DNA of 52,743 nt from the NCBI GenBank assembly GCA_964486625.1, contig CAZANW010000002.1, forward strand, positions 1 through 52,743. The letters are read 5' to 3'. Source of the DNA: an uncultured Halobacteria archaeon. GTDB lineage: Archaea > Halobacteriota > Syntropharchaeia > JACQPP01. Below the pieces are notes generated by a model that worked only from the letters and a program-made list of their open reading frames with translations, made no database searches and was not told the DNA's origin. The position numbers and the translations under genes are program-made. Shown here piece after piece: positions 18,773 to 27,362 of this stretch (positions are counted from its first letter, which is position 1; each line of letters starts with the position of its first letter).

Positions 18773-20335
18773 TCAAGAGCGGCGGCGCCGGGCGGCGAGG
18801 CCCGCCAGAAGCAGGGCCGCGGCGGCGAAAGCGGCCTCGAAGCCGGGGGGCTCGGGCGTCTTGGTGGGCTCCGCCGGGGCGGGGGTGGGGCTCACCAGTT
18901 TGACCCCCCAGGTGGCCTCCTTGTCCCGCGCCTGCTGGGTGCTGTTCGGGGGAATCGCCTCCTGGGCCGTGGAGACGGAGGCTTGGCCGGGCGCCAGGGT
19001 GATGTTGAGGCGGGTGAGGTTGTTGGCGGTGAGGTTCAGGGTAGCGGAGTAGGGGCTGAGACCGGGGAGGGCAACGCGCAACGTGTGGTTCCCCACCGCC
19101 AAGCTGAGGGAGAGGGGCGCCTGGCCGAGGGAGGACCCGTCCACCTGCACGTCCGCCCCGGCGGGGACGGAGTTCACATCGAGGGCGGCGGGGTAGGCGA
19201 GGCGGCTCAGGTTCAGGGTGACATTGGCTTCGCCCCCGAATGGGACGACGACGGTGACCGGGACCTCGCCGATGGAGGTGTTGTTGACCGCCACCCGGTG
19301 GGGCCCGGGGAGAATCTCCAGCTGGAGGGGGGTCGTCCCCCGGGCCTCGCCGTCCACGAGGACGGTGCCGTTGGGGGTGGAGTTGACTTTCAGGAAACTG
19401 GGGACGACGGCGCCGAGGTCGTAGAGGACGAGCCTGAGTTGCTTCAGGGCCATGCCCATGTAGCGCCCGTCGGGAGAGAGGGAAACTGCGGCCGCGACGT
19501 CTCCGGGGGACGGGGCCTTGAGGGCATTCCCGAAGAAGTCCCGGAGGGTCAGGTCAGTCCCGGCGGAAGCGGCGATGAGGTTCGGGGAGACCTGGACCAT
19601 TGCCGGAAAACTGGCAGTCGAAACGCGGAGGCGGAACTGCTTCCCGCCGGACCGGTCGTGGAGGTAGGTCCCGTCGCTGGCCCCGATGACCACCTCCGGG
19701 CCCGACACGGCGATGCTCACCGGGCGGCGCACGTCGGTCCGGAGGAAGAGGTCCCCGTAGGAGATGGCCCGGGACTTGGCCCCGGCCGGCGTCCAGAGGG
19801 TGGCCGAGTCGGGGCCGAGCGTCGCCACGGAGCCGTCGCTGGCGATGGCGCCCATGGCCTGCTGCAGGCCGGTGTCCTTGCTCCAGACCTGGATGCCGTC
19901 CTTGTCCCGCACCTCCACGTAGCGCTCCTGGGAAACCACCATGCGGCTGCCGTCGGGGGTGATTCCAACCGAGCGGATGGAGCGGGGGGAGGCCGAGGTC
20001 CAGATGACCCCGCCCGAGGAGTCGTAGAGGTAGAGTTTATCCAGGGTCGCCGCGAGGACCCAGGGCCCCCGGGACACGTCGGGACCTGTGACGGCGACGC
20101 CGACCAGGGAGGGGAGGGGCTTCTGCCAGAGGGGCTTCAACTTGGAGTCGAAGAGGGTTACCCCCTGGCTTGTGGCGAGGGCTGTGAACCGGCCCTCCTG
20201 GCTGACGACCACGGCGACGGGGTCCCCCTCGAACAGGCGGTCGCCCGCGAAACGGGGCTCCCGGGACTGGGCGAATGCGGCCGCGGGCAGGAGGGCCAGG
20301 ACCGCGAGCAGGAGGGCGATGGAGCGGGGAGCCAT
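18773..20335 (-). CDS. Secreted beta-propeller (WD40/PQQ-like) protein with two PEGA-like domains and PGF-CTERM archaeal sorting signal
   Basis: The signal peptide MAPRSIALLLAVLALLPAAAFA starts at ATG 20335. Propeller-like blades repeat, followed by PEGA-like modules (VNSTPNGTVLVDGEARGTTPL, VNSVPAGADVQVDGSSLGQAPL). A Thr/Pro linker leads to PGFEAAFAAAALLLAGLAARRRRS at the C-terminus. Confidence 0.8.
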   Translation of the reverse strand: MAPRSIALLLAVLALLPAAAFAQSREPRFAGDRLFEGDPVAVVVSQEGRFTALATSQGVTLFDSKLKPLWQKPLPSLVGVAVTGPDVSRGPWVLAATLDKLYLYDSSGGVIWTSASPRSIRSVGITPDGSRMVVSQERYVEVRDKDGIQVWSKDTGLQQAMGAIASDGSVATLGPDSATLWTPAGAKSRAISYGDLFLRTDVRRPVSIAVSGPEVVIGASDGTYLHDRSGGKQFRLRVSTASFPAMVQVSPNLIAASAGTDLTLRDFFGNALKAPSPGDVAAAVSLSPDGRYMGMALKQLRLVLYDLGAVVPSFLKVNSTPNGTVLVDGEARGTTPLQLEILPGPHRVAVNNTSIGEVPVTVVVPFGGEANVTLNLSRLAYPAALDVNSVPAGADVQVDGSSLGQAPLSLSLAVGNHTLRVALPGLSPYSATLNLTANNLTRLNITLAPGQASVSTAQEAIPPNSTQQARDKEATWGVKLVSPTPAPAEPTKTPEPPGFEAAFAAAALLLAGLAARRRRS

Positions 20336-20369
20336 GAGCCTATTCCGGAGGCGGTTCTTTAAACCATCG

Positions 20370-21044
20370 TCATGGGGACTTGGCAATCCGAGATTTCGTG
20401 TAGGCGGCCAGGCCCCCGGTCCAGAGGATGGTCTCCAGGAGCGGGTCCTCCAGGGGGCCGAAGGACCACCGGCCCCGGGGGACGAAAAGCACGGTGCGCT
20501 CCTTCCCCGGGTCCCGGAAGCGAAGAGCGAGATTTCCGCCTTCGGCCCGGACTTCGAGGAACCGCTCGGGGGTCACCAACGGCCCCTCGGGCCGGAAGAC
20601 CTCCACGCTCCCGCCCTTCCCCTCCCCGTAGCGGACGCGGGCTAGGTCGCCCGTCTCGGCCCGCACCTCGGGCTGGGTGACGGGGGGCAGGCCGTTGTAG
20701 ATGGAGTTGGTCCGGAAGATGCGGGCGAAGGAGTTCGCCACCACGCAGGAGACCCCGAGTCCCTTGAGGGCCCGCGGGGCGTGCTCCCGGGAGGAGCCCT
20801 TGCCGAAGTTGCGCCCCTCGACGAGGATGGCGGAGGTCCCGGTCTCGGAGACCCACTTCCGGACCTCGGGGACGAAGTTCGGGTGGACCAGTTGGAAGGC
20901 GTGCTGGGCCAGGAACGCAGGGTCGAAAGAGGTGATGTAGGCCGCGGGGATGATTTGGTCGGTGTCGATGTCGTCGAGCCCCTTGTCGGCCTGCTTGTGG
21001 GGGAGGGACCAGACGCGGCCGATGAACTCGTGGGTCTTGGACAT
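20370..21044 (-). CDS. Aconitase-family dehydratase small subunit (3-isopropylmalate/homoaconitate dehydratase, LeuD-like)
   Basis: It has DTDQIIP and GRNFGKGSSREHAP motifs. Confidence 0.85.
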   Translation of the reverse strand: MSKTHEFIGRVWSLPHKQADKGLDDIDTDQIIPAAYITSFDPAFLAQHAFQLVHPNFVPEVRKWVSETGTSAILVEGRNFGKGSSREHAPRALKGLGVSCVVANSFARIFRTNSIYNGLPPVTQPEVRAETGDLARVRYGEGKGGSVEVFRPEGPLVTPERFLEVRAEGGNLALRFRDPGKERTVLFVPRGRWSFGPLEDPLLETILWTGGLAAYTKSRIAKSP

Positions 21045-21074
21045 CGCTTACGCTTGCACCTTCCCAACCAGACC

Positions 21075-21494
21075 CCGCACGCGCACGCTCGGCGGCACAC
21101 GCATCCGCAGGAGGCGTGTGTTTGCGACGAAGCCGCAAGGCCCCGGCCTCGCTCGCTGCGCTCGCTCGGCCCAGCGCCGCTCCTCGCGCCTCGCCTTCGA
21201 CTCGGCGCTCGCCTTCCGACTGCGCCGAAAGCGAGCGCCCGTGAACGCAAGTTCACGGTCGCTCGTCGCAAATTGGCGCTGGGGGCCGCCTCGCTTGTGC
21301 GCGTGCTCACACAATGCACAGGATGACGTCTCATACGACTGTTGCAAGAGCAGGGGTCGCGGCGCGACGGCGCCCGTAGGCGGCATTTGTGTGGTGTGCG
21401 CGAGCCCGAGCGAGTGCACACCACCGCCGCCGACGAGGCGCGAGCGACCGAAGGGAGCGAGCGCCGAGTAGGGCGCCGAGCGCGCGGCCCGACC
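21075..21494. repeat. GC-rich structured mosaic repeat, locus A (module 1 at 21075-21287; inverted module 2 at 21341-21494)
   Basis: It fills the 485-bp gap between the leuC-like and leuD-like genes. Segment 21163-21287 is the exact reverse complement of 23165-23289. Module 2 is about 80% identical, by eye, to the reverse complement of 35920-36057. Confidence 0.85.
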
Positions 21495-21529
21495 AATCAT
21501 CAAAAAAGGCGATGTAGCGGGGTGGGATG

Positions 21530-23071
21530 TCACGGCCCATACAACTCCCACCCGAATTTCTGCCCCGGGCTCCGCTTGAACCGCTTGTACTTTGCCAGCG
21601 CCCTCTTCAGGTCTTTCTCCGGCACGATATCCGCAGGGTTCACGATGACTCCGGCGACCGCCGACGCGGCGACGACCGCCGGGCTCGCCAGGAAAATCCA
21701 CGCTTCGGGGTGGCCCATGCGGTTCGGGAAATTTCGATTCGAGGCGGAGATGACCACGTCGTCCGCCTGCACCACCTCGCCCTTGGCGTCATACTTCTTC
21801 GCGTAGGCCTCGCTGGTGAAGAATGAACCCAGGCACCAGGAGCAGGAAGAGACGTCGGCCACGCGGGCCCCCGCCTTGCGGAACTTCTCCAGGACGCCCA
21901 TCTTTTCCGCCTGCCGCAGGACCACCTCGCTCGCCGGCACCACCTTCATCAGGACGCCGGGGGCGACCTTGCGGCCCGCCACAATCTCGGCCGCAATCAC
22001 CAAGTCCTCCAACCGCGCGTTGGTGCAGGAGCCGAGGAACGCCTTGGTGATTTCGGTGCCCGCGACCTTCGATACGGGCGCGTAGTTATCAGGGGAGTAG
22101 GGCGCCGCGACCAGGGGTTCCAGGGCGGAGAGGTCGAGTTTGATTCTCTTTTCATACTTCGCGCCGGGGTCCGCAAGCGCGGCCCTCCAAGGGGCCCGGG
22201 CCCGCCTCGACTTCTTGCCTCCGAGACCGTTGACCATGACACGGTCGGTCTTCGGGTCGCGGACCACCTCCTCGTTGACGAACCGTTCCACGGCCGCGTC
22301 GGGGGGGAAGACGCCCGCAGTCGCCTCCATTTCTGCCGCCATGTTGGCCATGGTGATGCGGGCTTCGAGGGACATGGCGGAGACGCCATCGCCGGAATAC
22401 TCGACGGCAGCGTCGCGCCAGACACCCTCCTTGTAGTGCTTCCCGATAAGGTGAATCACCGCGTCCTTGGAGGAGACGTAGGGCCGGAACTTCCCGGTCA
22501 ACTCGACGCTCACCGGCCTCGGGACCTTGAACGGCAGCCGCCCCGAGAGAATCATCATCCCGACTTCGGTCGAGCCCACCCCGGCCGCGAAGGCCCCGAG
22601 GGCGCCGTAGGACGGGGTGTGCGAGTCGGCCCAGAGAATCAGGTCGCCGGGCCGCACGTGCCCCTCCTCGGGGAGGACGATGTGGCAAATCCCCCCGATT
22701 CCGATGTCATAGACGTGGGGCAGGCAGTATTTGCGCGCGTACTCCCGCACGCGGTTGGCCTGGGCCGAGCGGGGGAAGATGTCCGCCGCGGGGCCGAGGA
22801 AGTGCTCCAAAGCGACGACGACGCGGTGCTTGTTCTTGTCAACGAGTTTCAGGAGTTTCTCCTCGCCGAGGTCGGCGAAGTCGGGCCCCTCGATGGCTGC
22901 AAAGGCGCCGTCGGCGGTGACGTCGGAGCCCCCGGTGACGTCCACCTCGAACTCGTGCCACGTCCCCGGCTTCAGGACCGCGAGGTCCTTGTCGGGGGCG
23001 GCTTGGTAGGGGGTTTTGCCGTTCTCGACCAAGTGCCGAGCGAGGATTTTTTGGGTGACGGTGAGCGCCAT
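21530..23071 (-). CDS. Aconitase-family dehydratase large subunit (LeuC/HacA-like)
   Basis: It has ADSHT, GSCTNARLEDL and SNRNFPNRMG motifs. ATG 23071 (MALTVTQKILARH) is preferred; the rest of the 755-aa track ORF reads through a repeat and a pseudogene. Confidence 0.85.
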   Translation of the reverse strand: MALTVTQKILARHLVENGKTPYQAAPDKDLAVLKPGTWHEFEVDVTGGSDVTADGAFAAIEGPDFADLGEEKLLKLVDKNKHRVVVALEHFLGPAADIFPRSAQANRVREYARKYCLPHVYDIGIGGICHIVLPEEGHVRPGDLILWADSHTPSYGALGAFAAGVGSTEVGMMILSGRLPFKVPRPVSVELTGKFRPYVSSKDAVIHLIGKHYKEGVWRDAAVEYSGDGVSAMSLEARITMANMAAEMEATAGVFPPDAAVERFVNEEVVRDPKTDRVMVNGLGGKKSRRARAPWRAALADPGAKYEKRIKLDLSALEPLVAAPYSPDNYAPVSKVAGTEITKAFLGSCTNARLEDLVIAAEIVAGRKVAPGVLMKVVPASEVVLRQAEKMGVLEKFRKAGARVADVSSCSWCLGSFFTSEAYAKKYDAKGEVVQADDVVISASNRNFPNRMGHPEAWIFLASPAVVAASAVAGVIVNPADIVPEKDLKRALAKYKRFKRSPGQKFGWELYGP

Positions 23072-23131
23072 CGGGTGGGCTCGAGCGGTTTGGGGAATTA
23101 AACTTGCTGGGGCGATACACGAAAAGGACGT

Positions 23132-23336
23132 GTTGCAATAGCAAGGGCCGCAGCTCGACGGCGGGGCCCCCAGCGCCAATTTGCGACGAGCGACCGTGAA
23201 CTTGCGTTCACGGGCGCTCGCTTTCGGCGCAGTCGGAAGGCGAGCGCCGAGTCGAAGGCGAGGCGCGAGGAGCGGCGCTGGGCCGAGCGTGAACGAAGTG
23301 AGCGCGAGGGCGAGGCCGCCGAGCGTGCGCGTGCGG
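23132..23336. repeat. GC-rich structured mosaic repeat, locus B (inverted relative to locus A)
   Basis: Segment 23165-23289 is a perfect inverted copy of 21163-21287. The outer block CCGCCGAGCGTGCGCGTGCGG (23316-23336) mirrors 21075-21095. The GTTGCAATAGCAAGGGCCGCAGC end matches the ends of loci C and D. Confidence 0.85.
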
Positions 23337-24015
23337 CGAGAAACCCCAAACCGCCATTGCGCGGTTCCATGAAGGACCGAGTCAACCCGCACTCGAAACT
23401 CCGCAATCCACCAGTAGGGAGAATACCTCGCGAACCCCGGCCACCGCGGGACGGAGCGCCCCATCGCCCCGTCCACGACGTCGAACGCGGTCTGCCGGAC
23501 CGGCCCCACGGGAGGCCGTACATCTCCCGGACTTCGTCGGGCAGGAGACCCGCCGTCACCAGTTTGTTGAACTCCGCCAGCGGGCGCGGGGTGAGCGGTG
23601 GATTGAGGATGGTCCAGGAGAGTTCGCGTGCCACTTCGCCGACGCCGAGCCCGTCGCGGAGCATGCGGCAGTAGTAGGCTTCGAAGTCGCGGGGGTTCGC
23701 GGGCATCGCCTTCGGCGTGGCACCGAGGAGTCCAGCGAGCGCGCACCACTCGCGGTAGTAGCGCCCCCTCTCGTGCGGCGCCAAGGGCGCGACCCAACGC
23801 TCGTAGAGGCTCACCGAGGTCTCGTAGAGGGTCGCCATGACCCAGGTTAGGAGCGCAGGGTCGTGGGCGTCGTAGGGCGCGCCGCGCGGGACGGGGCCCG
23901 CCTTTTCGCGGGTCTTTCCGTGGACCCGGTCGTGGACCCCGACGATGTGCGCCACGGCCCCCTGAGCCTGGCGCGGGGTGCCGAAGACAATCTTCTGCAT
24001 CGTGTCGCCGGTGGT

Positions 24016-24051
24016 GTAAACTACCCGCCCCTTCAGGGGCGGGTAGTTTAC
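24016..24051. terminator. Perfect 16-bp stem / 4-nt loop hairpin at the end of the inserted ACAD fragment
   Basis: GTAAACTACCCGCCCC TTCA GGGGCGGGTAGTTTAC was read directly. Any terminator function is inferred only from its position after the fragment's stop. Confidence 0.35.
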
Positions 24052-24318
24052 TTCAACTGCTCCCTCGAATACCCCAGAACCCTCCGCGCCACAATCAGCG
24101 TGTTGATTTGCCCCGTCCCCTCGAAGATGTCCACAATCTTCGCGTCGCGCACCAAGCGCTCGAACCGGTCGCGGACGCGCACCCCGAGCGGCCCCGCGAG
24201 CGCCGCGCACCTCTGGGGAATCGAGGCCGCCGCGCGCCCCGCCACCACCTTCGCCATGGAGGCCTCCGCCGCCATCGGCAGCCCCCGGTCGGCCATCCAC
24301 GCCGCCCGCCCTGTAAAG
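24048..24318 (-). pseudogene. Acyl-CoA dehydrogenase C-terminal fragment inserted inside the DUF2236 gene
   Basis: RAAWMADRGLPMAAEASMAKVVAGRAAASIPQRC...RDRFERLVRDAKIVDIFEGTGQINTLIVARRVLGY is a typical ACAD C-terminal helical domain. It differs from the intact ACAD at 34581-35783. It ends in a stop codon embedded in the 24016-24051 hairpin. Confidence 0.7.
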
Positions 24319-24544
24319 GCGGACGAAGGGGGCGAGGAGGTCCTTGCGGAACCCGCTGGGTCGGCCACGCCGGCGGCCACCTTCGGGTGGGCCAACTGCA
24401 AAAGGAGAGCCCGGGGGCCGCCGAAGACGAGGAAGTTTTCGCGGGCGATGCGCCACATCATCGACTGGGGGCCGAACGGAGGAGCGACGTTCCCCATCAC
24501 CCGGACCCTTGGCAGGGACGTTCCAAGAGTTTTTTGAATCGAGT

Positions 24545-24790
24545 TCACGTCCTCCGCTTCACCCAGAACGTGAACAGCGGCCCCACCGGGTCCTCGACGG
24601 TCTTCACCAGTTCCTGCCCGTCCCTCTGCGTCCACGCGGGAATGTCCGCCTTCGCCGCCGGGTCGGTCGAGAGGACTTCGAGGACCTCGCCCACGGGCAC
24701 GTCGCGAATCGCCTTCTTCGCTTTCACGACCGGGATGGGGCAGAGGAAGCCTTTGACATCGAGAACCTTGAACGGCTTCACTTCCGCCAT
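24545..24790 (-). CDS. TusA/SirA-like sulfur-carrier protein
   Basis: It has the KGFLCPIPVVKAKKAI (Cys-Pro-x-Pro) motif and is 81 aa. Confidence 0.85.
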   Translation of the reverse strand: MAEVKPFKVLDVKGFLCPIPVVKAKKAIRDVPVGEVLEVLSTDPAAKADIPAWTQRDGQELVKTVEDPVGPLFTFWVKRRT

Positions 24791-24792
24791 CG

Positions 24793-25080
24793 TCAGCGGA
24801 CGACCTCAAACTCCTTGAACTCTCCCTCCGGAGGTTCCCACGCCACCTCGCACCCCTCAACACCCGCAAAGGGGGGGCCTTTACGGCACGCTTCCACCCA
24901 CTGCCGCACGGCCGACTCCGGCCCCTCGGCCACCGCCTCGACCCGGCCGTCCTCCAGGTTGCGGACCCAGCCCGTGACCCCCGCGCGGCCCGCGACCCGG
25001 GTGACGAAGTGGCGGAAGCCGACGCCCTGGACGTCGCCCCGGAGGTAGATGTGGGCCCGCGCGCGGCCGTCCGGCGCCAT
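24793..25080 (-). CDS. acyP: Acylphosphatase
   Basis: It has VQGVGFRHFV and GWVRNLEDGRVE motifs. ATG 25080 overlaps the upstream stop by 1 nt. The 625-aa track ORF is a shadow extension. Confidence 0.85.
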   Translation of the reverse strand: MAPDGRARAHIYLRGDVQGVGFRHFVTRVAGRAGVTGWVRNLEDGRVEAVAEGPESAVRQWVEACRKGPPFAGVEGCEVAWEPPEGEFKEFEVVR

Positions 25081-25322
25081 CACTTCTTCCGGATGAGAAT
25101 CTTGTAAATCCCGGGCCCCGCCTCGGAGGTCCCGAGGACCTCGTGCCCCCCCTTCAGGACCGCCTCGGGGATGTTGCTCACGCTCGGGAGGTTGTCGGTG
25201 ACCACCTCGACGGTCTCGCCCGCGGCCATCTTCTTCATCTCGCGCTGGGTGAAAATCACCGGCCAGGGGCACACCTCGCCGGAGAGGTCCAACCTGCGCT
25301 GCGTCTGCTGGGCCATCTGCAC
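25080..25322 (-). CDS. TusA/SirA-like sulfur-carrier protein (second copy)
   Basis: It has the LSGEVCPWPVIFTQREM motif and is 80 aa. Confidence 0.8.
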   Translation of the reverse strand: MQMAQQTQRRLDLSGEVCPWPVIFTQREMKKMAAGETVEVVTDNLPSVSNIPEAVLKGGHEVLGTSEAGPGIYKILIRKK

Positions 25323-25443
25323 CCTTTCCGGGACGCGTCAAAAGGCTTTTGCGACGGCTGCTCCCGATTTCGGCGGAAGCCCCGGGATTACTTTCACCAC
25401 GCGCCCGCCGGTCTTTAAAAAGGGGTTCCGCGTGTGGGTGGGG

Positions 25444-26754
25444 ATGGCTCCCAAAATCCCAACCAAAAAGGCGCAAACGCCCGCCGGGCCGGCTCCGTCG
25501 TCCCCCGGCGCCTCGCTTCGCGACGCGCCGGCGCCGGAAACGCCAGCCGCGCCCAAGAGCGGAGTGGACATCGCCGCCCTGGTGCAGCGGGTCCAGGCCC
25601 GCGTGCCCCACGTCCCGCGGGAGGAGATTGAACCCCGGATTTCCAAACTGATTCTCGAATTCCAGGTCCCGCCGGAGGAGGCGGTCCGCTCGGTCCTCAA
25701 CCTCTACGGCGGCTCCAAGGGCTCCGCGCCCCTCACCCCTGCGGCCGACGTCCGGGCGGCCGAGCTGACCGAGGCGGGGCGGTGGGTGAACATCAAGGCG
25801 AAGGTCCTCCAACTCTGGGAACCCCGGACCCCCTCCATGTCCCAGACCGGGCTCCTGGGAGATGAGAGCGGGACCGTCAAGTTCGTCTCCTGGGCGAAGT
25901 CGGGCCTCCCCAAGGTCGAAGAGGGCAAGTCCTACCAGTTCCGGAACGCGGTCACCGACAGTTACCAGGGGCGCGTCTCCATCAAGTTGAACCGGACCAG
26001 CGCCATCGCGCCCCTCGCGGAGGAGGTCAAGGTGGCGGAGAGGGAGCGGCGCGACGCCGTGGCCAAAGTCGAGGAAATCAAGGAGGCGAACCAGTGGGTC
26101 ACCGTCCGCGGGCGCATCCTCCAACTCTGGCAGCCCAGGTCGGAGGCCATCGCCCAGACGGGGCTCGTGGGGGACGAAACGGGCCAGATGAAGTTCACCA
26201 TCTTCGCGGGCCACGGCCTCCCCGAGGTGGAGGAGGGGAAGTCCTACGAGTTCCGCTCCGTGGTCACGGACAAATTCAACGACCGGCTGAGCGTCAAGGC
26301 CGGCAAGGCGAGCGCCATCACCCCCCTCGACCGGGAGGTGGTGGCCCGGGGGACCCCCGTGGAGATGGCGGGGGCCCTCCTCGACATCCTCCCCGGCTCG
26401 GGCTACATCAAGCGGTGCCCCCAGTGCGGCCGGATGGTCCAGAAGGGGGCCTGCTCGGAGCACGGCTCGGTCTCCCCGGTGGAGGACATCCGGGTGAAAG
26501 CCATCCTCGACGACGGGGCCGCGGCCAGGGACATCCTCCTGAACCGGGAACTGGCGGAGCGGTGCACCGGAATCACCCTCGATCAGGCCCGCAAAAAGGT
26601 CGAGGAGACCCTGGACACCGCGGCCATCCTCGACGACATGAAGCGGGCCCTCTTCGGCCGCTACTTCCACGTCCGTGGCCCCCAGGTGGGCCGCTACATC
26701 CTCGTAGAGACCATGGAGGAGATGGGGCCTCCCGACCTCGGGGAGGGTCTCTGA
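25444..26754 (+). CDS. Replication protein A (ssDNA-binding; tandem OB folds plus zinc finger)
   Basis: Two repeated OB modules are visible (WVNIKAKVLQLWEPRTPSMSQTGLLGDESGTVKF and WVTVRGRILQLWQPRSEAIAQTGLVGDETGQMKF). The zinc motif is CPQCGRMVQKGACSEHG. ATG 25444 is preferred. Confidence 0.85.
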   Translation: MAPKIPTKKAQTPAGPAPSSPGASLRDAPAPETPAAPKSGVDIAALVQRVQARVPHVPREEIEPRISKLILEFQVPPEEAVRSVLNLYGGSKGSAPLTPAADVRAAELTEAGRWVNIKAKVLQLWEPRTPSMSQTGLLGDESGTVKFVSWAKSGLPKVEEGKSYQFRNAVTDSYQGRVSIKLNRTSAIAPLAEEVKVAERERRDAVAKVEEIKEANQWVTVRGRILQLWQPRSEAIAQTGLVGDETGQMKFTIFAGHGLPEVEEGKSYEFRSVVTDKFNDRLSVKAGKASAITPLDREVVARGTPVEMAGALLDILPGSGYIKRCPQCGRMVQKGACSEHGSVSPVEDIRVKAILDDGAAARDILLNRELAERCTGITLDQARKKVEETLDTAAILDDMKRALFGRYFHVRGPQVGRYILVETMEEMGPPDLGEGL

Positions 26755-26756
26755 CC

Positions 26757-27362
26757 ATGGCTGCGGAGGCCGGAGACGGCGACAGTTCCCGATTCATTCG
26801 CGAGCCCGCCAGGCGTCTCTTCGCCTACGAAATCGAGCGGAGCAACCTCCTCACCCGGGAGGGAGATGGGACCTATGCTCGGCGCTACCTTTGGACCCCC
26901 ACGGGGGCGAAATGCAACCGCATCTTCTTCGTCGGAACCCTGACCGACATCTCCCAAGTCCGGGAGGATATGGTCCGCGCCCGGCTCTCCGACCCGACGG
27001 GCTCTTGGTCCTTCTTCTCGGGCCGGTTCGATCGGGAGACCACGGCCGCCCTCTCCCGCATGGAGACGCCGTCCCTGGTGGCCCTTACCGCCAAGGTCCG
27101 CTCCTACGAGTCCCAGGGCTCCGAGCGGATAGCCTTCCGGCCCGAGACTGTCCTGCCCGCCACGCGGACGGTCCGGAACCGATGGGTTCTGGATACCGTC
27201 CGGCAGACCGAGGAGCGCATTGCCCGCCTTGCCACGGACCCGACCCTTCAGCGGGTCCGCGAGCACTACTCCGCCGACCTGGAAGCCTACCGCCAGGCGG
27301 GCCGCCAGGCGCTGGCAGCCGTCCGGGACGGGGCCGAGGTCGAAATCGTCGATTTGCTCTGA
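26757..27362 (+). CDS. RPA-associated protein (Rpap/COG3390-like OB-fold partner)
   Basis: It lies immediately downstream of RPA (ATG 26757, 2 nt after the stop). The sequence YLWTPTGAKCNRIFFVGTLTD...DPTGSWSFFSGRF is typical of euryarchaeal rpa-rpap pairs. Confidence 0.7.
   Translation: MAAEAGDGDSSRFIREPARRLFAYEIERSNLLTREGDGTYARRYLWTPTGAKCNRIFFVGTLTDISQVREDMVRARLSDPTGSWSFFSGRFDRETTAALSRMETPSLVALTAKVRSYESQGSERIAFRPETVLPATRTVRNRWVLDTVRQTEERIARLATDPTLQRVREHYSADLEAYRQAGRQALAAVRDGAEVEIVDLL

Larger units (their letters stand above)
23350..24497 (-). pseudogene. DUF2236 (MpaB/oxygenase-like) gene, disrupted by two frameshifts, an internal insertion and loss of its native 3' end
   Basis: The N-terminus MGNVAPPFGPQSMMWRIARENFLVFGGPRALLLQLAHPKVAAGVAD continues in another frame (SGFRKDLLAPFVRLYR). 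A ~300-bp foreign segment follows. The gene resumes as TGDTMQKIVFGTPRQAQGAVAHIVGVHDRVHG...EVREMYGLPWG, then shifts frame again (PVRQTAFDVVDGAMGRSVPRWPGFARYSPY) and runs into repeat locus B without a stop. The frameshifts could also be homopolymer sequencing errors. Confidence 0.7.

Noticed and set aside
15868-20362. ORFs 15899..17674 (-), 16669..18903 (+), 18674..20362 (+) and similar
   Set aside because: They lie antisense or out of frame to well-supported SDR, GH2 and propeller/PEGA genes, and their composition is low-complexity.
25081-26670. Upstream 530 aa of ORF 24793..26670 (-)
   Set aside because: It lies antisense to the RPA gene and overlaps the tusA gene, and has no motifs. Only the last 95 codons (acylphosphatase) are credible.
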